DNA of 38,053 nt from Phoronis australis (lineage: Eukaryota; Animalia; Phoronida), in the NCBI GenBank assembly GCA_002633005.1, contig NMRA01000065.1:13164-51216 (forward strand), in the 5' to 3' direction. Position numbers and translations under genes: made by a program. This document shows, piece after piece, positions 1-12,418 of this stretch (position 1 is the first letter of the stretch; the number at the start of each line of letters is the position of its first letter). The notes under the pieces were generated by a model, which had not been told where the DNA came from, did no database searches, and was given only the letters and a program-made list of their open reading frames with translations.

Positions 1-617
1 ATCCCTGGTGGAACCAGTCACTGAAAACCGCAATAAATTGCACACCTCACAAGATGACAATAATATGTATACAAGAATTTGCTTTTCAAGATAACCATGT
101 GGAAATGACAGGGTCATTGCAAAACTTAGTAAAAAATCTGCATTTCAGCCTAAAAAACAACCATTTTCAAAACCACACCAGGAGTCACTGAATAAAAATA
201 CTAAAAAGACAGTATGTAATTCACTTCTTGGGATGCAAACAATAACTATCCTAAACTGAAAAGATCAGTCATCCAAGGCTTGAAGAATATTCAAAATAGA
301 TACACTGGTTAAGCAATAAACTAGTAACAACAATAACGGACACATGTCGCAATAAATACGTCCCTAGTTTTATAGGAGTAAAACTAGCATTTCAAGGCGA
401 GAATTTCGCGAGTATGCTCGGACGTCATTCGCTATAGGCCCAATCTAATCCCAAGATTTCACAGTCGGATTCAGAAATAGTCTGCAGGTATTACTATTCT
501 TCTGAAAAAGTTTAATATGCTTTCTACTAACGGTGATATAATTGCATGACACAGAACAAGATAGTGTTTCGTACAATAAACATACCTACATAACTTATAA
601 GATTGAGGGTAGAGGTA

Positions 618-2003
618 CACGGGTGAGCCTGAAACAACATGACCGCCGGTCCTCTAAATCGGACTGACTCACCCAAAACAGGACCTCCGGGGATCAAATG
701 GGACCGTCGCACCAGAAAATGAGACTGACGCACCTAAAAACATGACCACCCCACCAGAAAACAGGACCGCCGGGGACTGAACATTACCGCTAGACAGTAT
801 GTAGGTATCAATGTCTTTGTATGATACTGCTTGTGATTACGTAACCGGTCAGCTAACTGTGTAAAGACTCTCCAAAATAAAGCTTGGTAGCACTGCGTTG
901 TTAAGCTCCGTTACATCCCCGAAATTTCCCACCCCTCCTGCGGGGGTATAGTTCTGCTCGTCACCTCGTCGTGAAACTTATATCAACATGTAGAGCTAGC
1001 GAGCGGAGCAGGCGCATGCAAAATCTAGGAGTCAATCAACACTCACCTTGCAGGTTGCAGCCGCTTGAGTGAAAAACAATCTAATGAACGTCATTATTTT
1101 GCCTAATGTAACAAAAAAATCTGTCGCGCTTGTGACATGAGCACGCGACCTAAAATTTTGCGACATCTTTCGGAAGATGATGATTCAACTTCGCAGCAGC
1201 ACGATTTGTTCTGAAATTCGATTTGCTAGTATTAAAATACTGACAACCTGTGACGAAATGAAACCAGTTCCCATAAGTGTGCCAGGTGCGCAACCTCGTA
1301 GAAGAGAAGAAGAGCTGACTGAATGGTGAAAAAATTAAGGAACTGGTCAATGTAAGCCAACCAAAAAGAACGCATCTCAATTTTAGCAGCAGAATAACGA
1401 CAGACGAACGCCGATAAATAATTTAGTTTGCTCAAGGAAGAGTGTCGTCATTAACACTAATTCGGTAAAGATTTTACATGTTCAGTGTTTTACCCACACC
1501 GGCGCCAAGCTGTATATTTAGTATACTGCTTTGCCGCACAAAGGCTAGTTATGATGCTTCACCCGAGAACCAAAACGCCCGTTTTTTCTTGACTAAAACG
1601 TCAAATTGGAGAAAACGATATTCATTTTGTTCTAAAACTTACGCAGTGGATAAAGTTACAATTATTTAGCTAAAAAGCGTACAACGTGGTTGGTAGCGCA
1701 CAAAAGATTTCGTTGGATTAATTGGCACAAGACCTGCTGCCTATGCATACGTACGTGTATATAGCTCCATATGATCTGTGTAGGTCTACAGGTAATAAAT
1801 CTTAACTTGTTTTCACTGCGGTTTCAATCCCCGGCGGTCATGTTCAGACCCCGGCGGTCCTGTTTTCTGGTGGGAAGGTCATGTTTTTAGGTGCGTCAGT
1901 CCCATTTTCTGGTGCGACGGTCCCATTTGATCCTCGGAGGTCCTGTTTTGGGTGAGTCGGTCCGATTTAAGAGGACCGGCGGTCATCTTGTTTCTCACCC
2001 GTG
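618..2003. mobile_element. Non-autonomous DNA transposon, CMC/Transib-like (CAC...GTG termini, ~170-bp TIRs, 5-bp TSD)
   Basis: 618-790 (CACGGGTGAG...) is the near-perfect reverse complement of 1834-2003 (...CTCACCCGTG). AGGTA flanks both ends (613-617 and 2004-2008). The TIRs consist of ~20-21-bp subrepeats with an AAA..GGACC-like core. No transposase ORF inside. Confidence 0.85.
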
Positions 2004-2092
2004 AGGTAGGGGAATCAAAAACATTTCAAAAACGGCATTTTCTAATTGTTCTCGTGAAATCCTTTGGCTGGCAGATTGTATATTTTTTGCAG

Positions 2093-4286
2093 TTGCCAAG
2101 ATGGTAGCGCCGTGCCCATATCGTCCTACTGTGATTACGTCAACGACTGCCTTGATGGAAGTGACGAAGAAAGTTGTACATATCCTGAGTGTTCCGTCGA
2201 TCAGTACACGTGCAAATCTCGACAGTGTATCTCAAAAGACGAGATGTGTGACTTTACGAAAAACTGTTGGGACGGCAGTGACGAGTTTGAAAGCACTTGT
2301 CGCTGGATGGAACGTTGTGAGCAGCTTAACGGATTTAGATGTTTGTCTGGGGATTGCATTGATCCGAAGTTAAAGACTGATTTAAGATATGACTGTCCAG
2401 GTCAACTGCAGGAGGACGAACACTTCCTTGAAGAGGACTATTCTCGCGGAGTTATTAGAACGTCTCGAAATGGCTATCTTCAGCACATTGTAAATCTTCG
2501 TCCGTATTGTTCGAAAGACAACGAAGTTCGATGCTTGCACAATCATCCGTCATGTTTCAACAGAGGTCAAACTTGTATTTTTGATGGGTTCAGCGGGTGT
2601 GCGGATAATAGTCATCTTAAGGACTGTGAAAACTTCACGTGTCCTGGACACTTCAAATGCCCTTTCAGTTATTGTATTCCGAAACACAGAGTATGCAATG
2701 GAGTGTGGGATTGCAACGGCGGTGTGGATGAAACCGATTGTTCCATTTATTCCTGTCCAGGTGAATTCAGGTGTCGCGAAGAACGCAGGTGTTTGGAACA
2801 GAAACTTGTTTGTAATGGTGTTGTTGATTGCAGAAACTTTGGAGACGACGAAAAGTATTGCGATTTGGAAACGCCATGTCCTAGAGGGTGTAACTGCTTA
2901 GCTTATATTCTTTCTTGTGTTAACACGTCTCTTGCAGTTGTCCCCGGGGGATTTATCAATATGCGCGTGATCCAATTTCCGGGAAACAGAATTGTGATCA
3001 GTAATTCCACATCACTTAGGTATCCATATCTAGGCAAGCTAGACTTGTCGTATAACCAGCTGAAGTATTTGCCAGCATTCACCTTTCGAGGGCTTCCGAA
3101 CTTGTTTGAACTGGTCTTAACGGGGAATATGCTGCGTTCTCTGAGCCCCAACACTTTTGATGGATTAGCACTTTCGCTCTTGGACCTCCGAAAGAACAGG
3201 CTCGCAACAATTTCTGCGGACGCGTTTGAAGGGTTGCAAAGTGTTGAGATTCTGCGTTTGCAAGAAAATGACGAGTTCCTTTTCATTGATAAATCAGTCC
3301 TTTTTAATTTAAACGTGTCGACATTACTCACTGACAACTTCCGGTTTTGCTGTTCAGTGAAAACCTCAGTTAACTGTTCGCCAAAAAACGACCAATTTTC
3401 GTCGTGTTCGGATATGATTGCCAACTCCTTCCTGAGGGTGTCCTTATGGGTTCTTGGTACGTTTGCTTTCGCGGGTAACTTAGCTGTTTTTGTTTGGAGA
3501 TTAAAAACGGATAGAGATAAGCCCAATTCCGTATTTTTGATCAATTTAGCACTATCAGACTTGATGATGGGAGTGTATATGATCGTAATCGCCTCTGTCG
3601 ATATGTATTACGTTGCCATTGGTGATTATTATTTACATGATCCAATATGGCGGAACAGCTTCCTTTGTCAGCTGTCAGGGGTGATATCATTTGTAGCATC
3701 AGAAATGTCAGTCTACGTGTTGGCTATCATCACCATAGATCGTGTCATTGCTACAGTTTTCGTATTTAAAGTTCCACCTATGACAAAGGGTATTGGCGTT
3801 GCCTTAATGGTGATTGGTTGGCTTGTTTGGGCAGCTATGGCTTCCCTTCCGTTTTACGTGAGGCACGGTACCTCAGGGAAGACTTTTTATGGCGAAACCT
3901 CTGTATGTCTTCCGTTCACTCTTTCTACTGAGTTTAATTGGATATCTGTTTCCGTTTTTCTTATTTTCAATTCTGTTGCCTTCCTGGTAATATTTGTAGG
4001 TTATTTACTGATTTACGTCAACGTTAAAAGAAGTGCCACTAATGTCGGTAAAAAGTCTGTTGAACAAGATATCAAGCTTGCTAAAAAGCTGAGTTTCATC
4101 GTATTTACCGATTTTTGTTGCTGGGTTCCTATAACAATTGCTGGATTCCTGAGCCTCAGTGGATATCGGGTTTTCCCAGAATTCTCCGCTTGGGTTGCAG
4201 TATTCATAATGCCAATAAATTCGGCGCTGAACCCATATATTTATACCCTTTCTTCATTTAAGGCCAGGAAAAAACGCCAATCGTAA
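2093..4286 (+). CDS. GRL101-like leucine-rich-repeat GPCR (LDLa repeats + LRR + 7TM), terminal exon; 5' part missing
   Basis: Acceptor TTTTTTGCAG ends at 2092 and the frame is open to TAA at 4286. About 6 LDLa-type modules (e.g. CDYVNDCLDGSDEESC, CNGVWDCNGGVDETDC), an LRRNT (CPRGCNC), LRRs (LGKLDLSYNQL, LSLLDLRKNRL), an LGR hinge (FRFCC...FSSCSDMI) and 7 hydrophobic helices with NLALSD, IDR, FTDFCCWVPI and NSALNPYIY motifs. The track's TTG start at 2064 is intronic. Confidence 0.92.
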
Positions 4287-4789
4287 ATCCGCCTCACGTA
4301 GCTTCTACCAAACCGCGAATATGCTTTTAAAAATAATACATCAACACCGTCTTTTTGTTTTATACATAATCAATTATTTGAAGTCATACAAGTATATTAT
4401 AAGAAGACAAATGCAAGGTCTATAGGATACGGTTTGCATCATGCTCATTCTGTTTGCGTGTGACGTTATCGTGTACATTTACCACGTAGTATCTATACAT
4501 ATAACGTCTTACGGAAAATGCCGAATTTTGTGTATTGTATCAAATGACCGTGGTTTGCATCAATGCTACGCATTTACTGCGAAACAACTGTCAAAGTATA
4601 CGCGGATAATGCTACGCTGTCTTTGCCGCGCTTCAAATACGTGTAATAGGCGACTATAATGCTGTGGTGGCCATTCTGTACCCTTGTTGGGAGAGCCAGC
4701 GTTCTTTAAAAATCGCTTTCACGTCAGGAGGGATTCTAATCTACTTCGTTTTCCCTTTTCAGTGAAATGTTAACATCCGGATATATATC

Positions 4790-4950
4790 TCCAATTTCAA
4801 AGAAAACTTGGAAGTCATCTGCAAATTCATTATTTTGCCTCACTTTGATTATTGCGACATGGTTTGCAACTGCGCCACCAGCGAATTATTATTTGCACTT
4901 GAACGCGTTCAATATTACATCAGATTGCGTAAGCGGTCGTGGAAGGTAGT
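4790..4950 (+). mobile_element. Degenerate non-LTR retrotransposon (CR1/L2-like) ORF2 C-terminal fragment
   Basis: Translation ICKFIILPHFDYCDMVCNC...LERVQ resembles the conserved ILPxFDYCDxVWxNC...LxxLQ motif downstream of CR1/L2 reverse transcriptase. Confidence 0.6.
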
Positions 4951-6807
4951 ATCACGACTTTTTCTAATTATTCGAATAAAGATGAAAAATAGTCGGCTTG
5001 GTGTTACAGCAGGTTAATGGAGTAGTTCGCTCAATGCTTTAAATGCGAGTGGGCTATTCACTTAATTAAGTTATTGTGCGATGAATAACCCGACTGGTTG
5101 ATGCCACTAGGCGGGTCAGGATCGACTCTTGTCTGTTGTAACAGCGTTCATTGATTTTGAACTTTTGTACGAATTTGAGTAACGAACTGTTCGGGTAGAA
5201 TGTGTCATATGCTCATTACTTCCTCTTCCCAAAGTTTGTTGTGATCCCCATCTTGTATTTATTCACTTTGTACTTTGTTGTTATATCTCTTGGTGATCTG
5301 CTGTTGTTCTCCCGAGATTCGACAAATACACTCAGAATTCGAACGAGAATGCTTGAAAGTTGTCAACCGACAACCCTGTCATGTATTCGATAAATTCTGC
5401 TTAGGGGCTGCGGTCAAACTGACGAACATGCATGTATAGATGTAAGCATGCGTTCGCCATTCCACTGGCATCGCTCGTGCTAATGTTAGACATACCGTAC
5501 ATACACTAAAGGCTGGTGTGTCTTTAGTGATATTTAACACGTTTATTAATATGATTACCCAGTTTCGCCATTGTTTGGTTAGAGTTCGCTCGTTCACAGT
5601 TTTATAAAAAGAGTTTCATCCTCGGTTATTTCCAAGATCGCTGTCAGTTTGCTTTAGACCTTAGACGTAGTTGCACATAGATTTTTAAGCCTTGTATTGC
5701 CATTTAGTTCAGATAAAATGTACTCCAGTTGTTGTCATAGTTGCAAGAATTAATAACAGAATCGAGTGTATAATGTGTGTATAGTTGTGTGTGATCGAGA
5801 GGCTTCTTGCCGAATGATTCCTGAACAAACCTCTTTCATATGCAACGAAGCAAATCATGATCTTTGATCCGGGTATAAAAATCCACTATACCGATTTTTT
5901 TTACCTTGCAAGGACTAACTGCCAGTCCGTTATTTCTACAGTGACCAAGCTCGGCGAATAAAATGGTAAGTATCAAATGATAACCATCTTCCGGGTATAA
6001 AACATTCACTAAACCGTGTGTCTGCATTATCTAACAATAATCGTGTATCAGATTTTTTTTCGGAGACCAACGCTTAATTTTTCGCTATTTTGCCATGCGA
6101 AAATATACGGCTTTGGGTATTTATGTTACAAAATCAAAGATGATGATTCCTTGCAGTGTATAAAATCATACGTTCATCTTCTTTGCCGAAGTCGGTTCCA
6201 GCAACTTTAACTCTGGGCAACATTGGTTGGATTCCACGGAGAACCACCTCTCGTTTTTACATAACATGTAATCTGTGGTTAAGCTTAGTTAGTCATTGTC
6301 TGTTGATGGTATTCACGTATGTAGCACAACCAGTCAAGTGACTTGTTGAAGCTCTCTGCTCAAAAGCTAAGGGAAAAATAAAACCTCGTTCGGTCGACGA
6401 AGAAACTAAGTAAGTTTTGATTCCGCGGTAGAATTGGTCTCAACTTTCTCAGAACTCATATGAGAAGTAACATTTGGCCTTGCGAATAAAATCATTTCGA
6501 AAACCTAAATTAACACTAGGGGACATCACCGTAGTTGGATTTGTCCTAAAATCAGAACCAGCCGTGCAATAGGAACATATCAATCAAACTCAATGAATAT
6601 CGAACAAAAAACTTGATCGGTACAGAGGCAAAGATAAAAAACTAATATTGCCATTAGGGGCATAGCCTAAAACAAAGCAGCTTAACTGGAACACAACAGC
6701 CAAATTTCATAAAGATCAGATACAGCAGCAGATGCACGAATGGACCAAGCAGAGGGTGATAAACGCTATGTCACAGATTCTCTTTATATTTTCTCTGTGT
6801 TATGACA

Positions 6808-7096
6808 TAGGCGGATTTAGGGGGGGGNNNNNNNNNNNNNNNNNNNNNCCCCCCCCCTTTGCTGACGCAAGCAAAGTGGAACAGCAACAGCGCAAAGCGT
6901 GGGGAAATGCTCAGTAACCAGGACCGGTAGCAGAGAAGGGGAGGGTTCAGAACCCGGACCGCGATTTCCCGAACAGAAAGGGTCACAAGACCGGTCCCCG
7001 CAACTTTTCGGGTCTCTGCTCAAACACAATCACGCTTTGCCCAATTCCCCGAGACGTCATCTTCGCATGTAGGGCCCCCTCCAAGATCCGCCACTA
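6808..7096. mobile_element. GC-rich MITE (hAT-like)
   Basis: Termini TAGGCGGATTT... and ...GATCCGCCACTA. TATGACA is duplicated at 6801-6807 and 7097-7103. Contains a G/C homopolymer with an N gap. Confidence 0.6.
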
Positions 7097-8795
7097 TATG
7101 ACACTTTCCCCGCCCCATTGACTCCAGACCACCTTCATTTTTTTCCAAAACGCCTCCCTTTGGTTTCCATGGATACTATTTGTTTCCGGTAAGTTTTGAG
7201 CCTGGCGGCAGTTGAGTTTTAGTAAAATTTCGACAGTTACGTTACGCAGTGGAAGTAACGTTGAAATATTGAACCCCGGCTGTGTTATTGATCAGGTGTG
7301 ACCTTCGAATACTTTATTCATGCAAATTTAAAAGATTTTAATAATTTTTTGTCTATTTTTAGAGCCGCATAAGATGAGTACTTTTAGTGATTTTTGAAAC
7401 TGTCAAAATTGGCTAAATTCGTATCCCGGTTTCTCATCTGGCACAGGTTTCAGAACATTTCAGTACCAACCAATGTGTTGAGCTAACTCAGAATAAGACA
7501 AAAAATCCTCTGGCGCTAACGGATTTCATGACATTTGAAATCGAAGTGACTGGTAGTTACGCCGTTTCACCACAATGAATAATGCCGACAGACGTTAACA
7601 AAAATTGAATATTTGCTACTAGTTGGGCCGCAAACTGCGAGTTAATTTATCATTTAATTAAATTTCGTATTTTATAGGCACCGAGGGTACTCTACTTTAT
7701 TTCTGAAAAGTGCTCGTAGACCTGGAATTAGTATACTTACAAGACAAACAGCAGTAGTTTTGGCAGGAGACGTTTTGCGAGAGTCGGAATTCAAATCTAA
7801 CTGGTTTTACAAAGCTCAGTAATCTTATTCGCACAGCTAAAAAAACAAAACACTGCCTATAAACGCTTTCATTAAAATTTTCCTTCAAAAATCGTGGTTG
7901 CCCCCTCCCCCCTTGCGACTTTCCAAATCTTACAATGTTGTATGAACAATATCAATTATTTTGGTTTTATCCGTTATTGCCCTGTTAACAAAGAAGATGT
8001 TTACTGTGAGATAGCTCTGGTGTGTGTCTGAACAAACGTTATTTTTGAGGAATCTTCAAGTGGTTTTGATGCAGGGCGTTGAAAGCGGAGGACAGTGTCA
8101 AGGTGAAAGATTCATTGGCAATTACAGGCAAAGGCAAAACCACTGGTGACCAGATTTCCCTGGACGTTATATAGCCGCCGGTGCCCCAATAACTTCACTT
8201 TTTGGAGTGGAATGGTTGTCTATTGTTACCCTTTTGCTATCTGTATGCAGTTTGTTGTGACTGACACAAGTGAAAAATGGTAAACTTTCAAATACTTTCA
8301 AGTAGCAACAGGGGCTGACTACATGGAACCAGCTACCGGTGAGAAGACACTTCATCTGCGCCGTGGGAGGCACAGAGGAAGATAGTTGAATAAGCGTACT
8401 GTGACTAGTTGTGAGAAGTTTAAAGAAATTAATTCAAATTACTTCCCAGTCCTCCAGAGGGCAACGGTATCCTGTTCGAGGTGATCGGCTGTTACTTGAC
8501 TACATCAATGCCTCCTGTTGGAAGCATGATCAGATTTTCGTCGACTACAGAAGTCACGTGAAAGAAGTGAGGATGATAAAGATTGCTTTCAGTATAAAGT
8601 CCATAAGTACACAACAAGTATTGTATTGTAGCTCATGTTTTTCCATGACTTCCCAGAAGACAAGCAATATACAGCATATAAACTTTGAAACAGTCTCGAC
8701 TTGATATAGCTTCGTGCACATTGAGTTCTTACTGCTCAAGTCTTTGTGGTGCTTTAATAGCAAGACAGCCAACATTTCTTAGGCAACATCACAAC

Positions 8796-9375
8796 AGAGA
8801 TATCTAAATGTGGTGACTGATCTAATTGCTAATGGACTGGTTCAAATATGACACTCCTATGTTAACTGTTCAAAATACAGGTGATCTCGCTTACATGTAC
8901 CTCCTCATTCCATACTGTACACGTAACTCCTCAGTCTGTATATGCAATGTTGGACCACTTTAAAGTAAAAAGTGATATTTAATGCCTCTACAATCTGGTT
9001 TAACACTCATCGCCCAGTTAATTTATACAAAGTAGCATGGAAATTACGAGATATCTAAATGTGTTAAAATATCTAAATGCCAGTGAATTGGCTCAAGTAT
9101 GACATTCCTGATGTTAACCATTCACAATACAGGTGACCTCGGCACCTCCCTGACTCATCATCACACACCGTGGAAATAACTCGTCATTCGCAGAAACAAT
9201 GTTGAAACAAATTAAAGTCAAAAATGACATTTAATTTGATTGCAATCTCTGGTCATCCAGTTAAGAGGTCCAAAGTAGCATGGAAAAACGAGATATCTAA
9301 ATGTGTTCTTTGATCTAAATGCCAATGAATTGGTTCAAGTATGACATTCCCGAATTTAACCTTTCAAAATACAGG
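8796..9375. repeat. Degenerate tandem repeat, ~245-bp unit, ~2.4 copies
   Basis: GAGATATCTAAATGTG...TGG(T/C)TCAA(A/G)TATGACA(C/T)TCC...AATACAGG recurs at ~8797, ~9048 and ~9289. Confidence 0.8.
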
Positions 9376-11009
9376 GCCTACCCTTCAACTTGTCATCACA
9401 TATACTACCTGAAACTTGCCAATCTGCCTAAGTCACCACCTTTCTTTAAGCTTGTACATAAGTCAACACTCAGATAAGGCCTCGCTTTATAGTTAAGTGA
9501 GGTTGAGTGTAATATGAATTTGAAAGATGAAAACTGAAATACCAGCATACTTAATTAAATAAATTGCACAACGAAGTTTCAACCAGAACACTGACTAAAT
9601 ATCCTAATTTTTTCTGACAAAATCACAACAAGTGCTCTTACATTGCATTTTGCATTTGCCTCAGTTTCTATAATATCACATCATTAACAACTGCTTAAAT
9701 CACTCAGGCAACCCAACAGATTGTACAATATTCGGGTGGATATGAACTCCGGAGTATTCCTGGACATCACTTACTGTCAACTTCATTATCTCCCTAGTCA
9801 AAAAGCCAAAATTGGCAATTTTCAGCCACCCCATGTTAAATACAAAATTTTGTCTAATTTTCTTCAAACTCCTACATTTCAATCTTGATTATACTGACAT
9901 CTGTTGGGTCTATCGGCAACTAACCGCACATGAAAGGCTTGGTCGAAAATTATCGTTTTCTCACTGCACTTTCGGGTTTTTAGCGGCGATTCTACTGATC
10001 GAAGCGACAAAATAAGCCAAAACTTTGGCCATACCATGTAAAACATAATTTTTTTTTCCAATTTTGCTGAAACTTGGCCACGTTTTTAACAAAATACTTA
10101 CCTATGTTATGTGCTATCGGCAAATGTGATTGATTCATAAATAAGACCCTCACGCTGTCACGGTTTTCTGCGAATCCCATGTATCCGGAAGGGGGCTGAG
10201 TGATTTTCGCGCATGCGCAGTTCACGGTTTCAATATTGCTGGTAATGGCTACCCTGTGGAATAAAATGTTTGAGACCCGCCGGCATAGCACCCACGTAAT
10301 ATGCAAATGGAACCTGCCATGCAGCGTACGTTAACACATGCCACGATTGTCTTGACTAGAAGGCTGGTTGCTGTTCAAACATTATAGATTTTCAAAAAAC
10401 TCTTGAAAGCATGAATGCGGTTTGCAGTCGATATCCGATTACCTGATTTCGGATTCAAACTACAGGCCCGAGGCCTAATACGTACCGGAGACGCTCAGAA
10501 CTGGAGCACGCGGTTAGAAAGCACATGCTAAGCAAAGACGTGGTTAAATTTGTAAAAAAATGCCGATTACTGATGGGCCGAATCTAAACACTTGTCGTCT
10601 GAGCTACTTCAGTGGAAATTTCTCTCGTCCGGCAGCGATGCAGAGAATGAAATTACAGTGCATTGTAGGTACGCAAAACGCATGACATGACTCCGCAAAA
10701 TTGTGCGTTATTGACGTCCACATGCTAACTGCCACGGTACCTGTTTACGGCCACCCGCGGTGACTTAATTTTAACGAGTTTTTCAAGAGGTCGACAAATG
10801 CATCTAATATAGTTTTTTATCTAATGTGACATGGCACCTTCTTTTAGCGCCGATTGTCTCCTTCATCGGGATTAAAACGAGGGCGCTGCAAAACTAGTTA
10901 GGAACAGCAGTGCGGATTTTCCGCTGAATTGAGTGCAGCCCGCATCCGTCACTGCCGGGACCAACTTGCTTCAGCTCGTTCACATCCATCAGTGATAGTT
11001 TTATCCCGA

Positions 11010-11225
11010 ATGCGCGCTCCCAGCCTAAAATTTAAGGGGGCTCGAATTCTTCGATATGCGGACCTTTTACTGAGAAAAATCAACGAAGACTAAAAAAAAT
11101 AAGTAAAAAACCACTGCCACTAGGTTCAGGCCTGTCAGTCGTGCATTCGCGCCGAATTCCTGTGGACTTTGTGGACTCTCGTTTACTCGGACTTTTTGTT
11201 TCACTGAGGCTGACCTTTTTGCCCA
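11010..11225. repeat. Left arm of ~215-bp inverted repeat pair (partner 13167-13383)
   Basis: ATGCGCGCTCCCAGCCTAAAAT...GATATGCGGACCTTTTACTGA...CCACTAGGTTCAGGCC...TTTTTGTTTCACTGAGGC is the reverse complement of 13167-13383. Confidence 0.8.
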
Positions 11226-12261
11226 ATTCGCCAAATTGGGGAGCTCGTTCGAGCCCGCCCCCAAGCCCCCCTGGGTGCTCCCATGCTTCCTATCAGTTCT
11301 CTGTTGACTAACCAGCCGGGGTTTTTGGCCGGGGCTTCATAGTGAAACAAGAGCTGCATTCTGAGTCAGCTTTGTCGCTAAACGAAAATATCATTAGTCC
11401 GCCCGTTATATGGCCGTTAATATCGTGAGAGTTTCACCATTTCCATAATACTCAACACGAGTCACGTACGTACAAGCAATGCGGACGTTAGCCGCTCANN
11501 NNNNNNNNNNNNNNNNNNNNNNNNNNNNNNNNNNNNNNNNNNNNNNNNNNNNNNNNNNNNNNNNNNNNNNNNNNNNNNNNNNNNNNNNNNNNNNNNNNNN
11601 NNNNNNNNNNNNNNNNNNNNNNNNNNNNNNNNNNNNNNNNNNNNNNNNNNNNNTGTTGTTAAACATTAAAATGTCAAATATGTGCACAAAGACTATTAAA
11701 TGTCATATCAACAGCATTTATTTTTATCAAATACAAACAATAATTCATTGAAATACAAACAGTTTCAAGTAACGCCAATTAAAGACAAGTATAAGTGGTG
11801 GCATTTTGGAAACGAACATTTGACTGACAAGACCGCAATGGCTCACCTTTGGCCTATTTAAAAATTGAGCTGATGAAGTCTCATCACCTAGCGAGCGCGT
11901 TAAAAATTGGAGCGTGCGCAGTACAAAAATTTTGATTTCACGATTTTGGGAACTGAAATAGGGACTGCTCGAAGAAAAAGTTTGATAACGGGAGTATTTG
12001 TTCGATTTGGAAGGAATTAAACACATCGACAACCTCCTAAGGTGTTCCTCTATGCGCAAAAGGTATTTATAACAGCCTGACTTTGATGGTTTAGTCGGTG
12101 CGAGGCATAATTCGCCGAAAAGCTTCCGGCGTACAGAGCGCCTTTAGCCTCTGCATCGCCTCTGGCTCGGGCCAACAGAGGCGATGGTCATTGCCTAACC
12201 TTGTAGTATACTATTATATGTAGTGAATTGGGGACGATCAGAAGCTGAGGACGCCTGTGAC

Positions 12262-12418
12262 TACTACAAGGTATGACACTCGGGACAAGGAATTCCACGG
12301 GTGGTTTACTACCAGGAGAAAGATATATTGCTCGTGGTTTGTTGGACCCCTGTTTTGTGTACATTTATTGAGATTTGTGTTTGATATGGGCGAATCTCGA
12401 GTGTCATATCTTGTAGTA
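12262..12418. mobile_element. Small MITE with ~21-bp TIRs (TA-flanked)
   Basis: TACTACAAGGTATGACACTCG ... CGAGTGTCATATCTTGTAGTA. Related sequence occurs at ~36880-37040. Confidence 0.6.

Noticed and set aside
630-790. Regular ~20-bp repeats resembling a CRISPR or iteron array
   Set aside because: Degenerate, no unique spacers, eukaryotic context, and mirrored at 1834-2003 as transposon subterminal repeats.
2064-2092. TTG start of the 740-aa ORF
   Set aside because: Non-ATG, no signal peptide, begins mid-LDLa module, and overlaps a polypyrimidine tract with an AG acceptor; this is intron sequence.
2101-4207. Alternative-frame and antisense ORFs (2101-2373, 2581-2901, 2903-3544, 4013-4207)
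   Set aside because: Shadows of the GPCR exon with no recognisable motifs.
8167-8775. Short ORFs 8167-8373, 8411-8704, 8554-8775
   Set aside because: No recognisable domain or consistent splice structure.
11479-11751. ORFs running through N gaps (also 6732-7029)
   Set aside because: Artefacts of assembly gaps.
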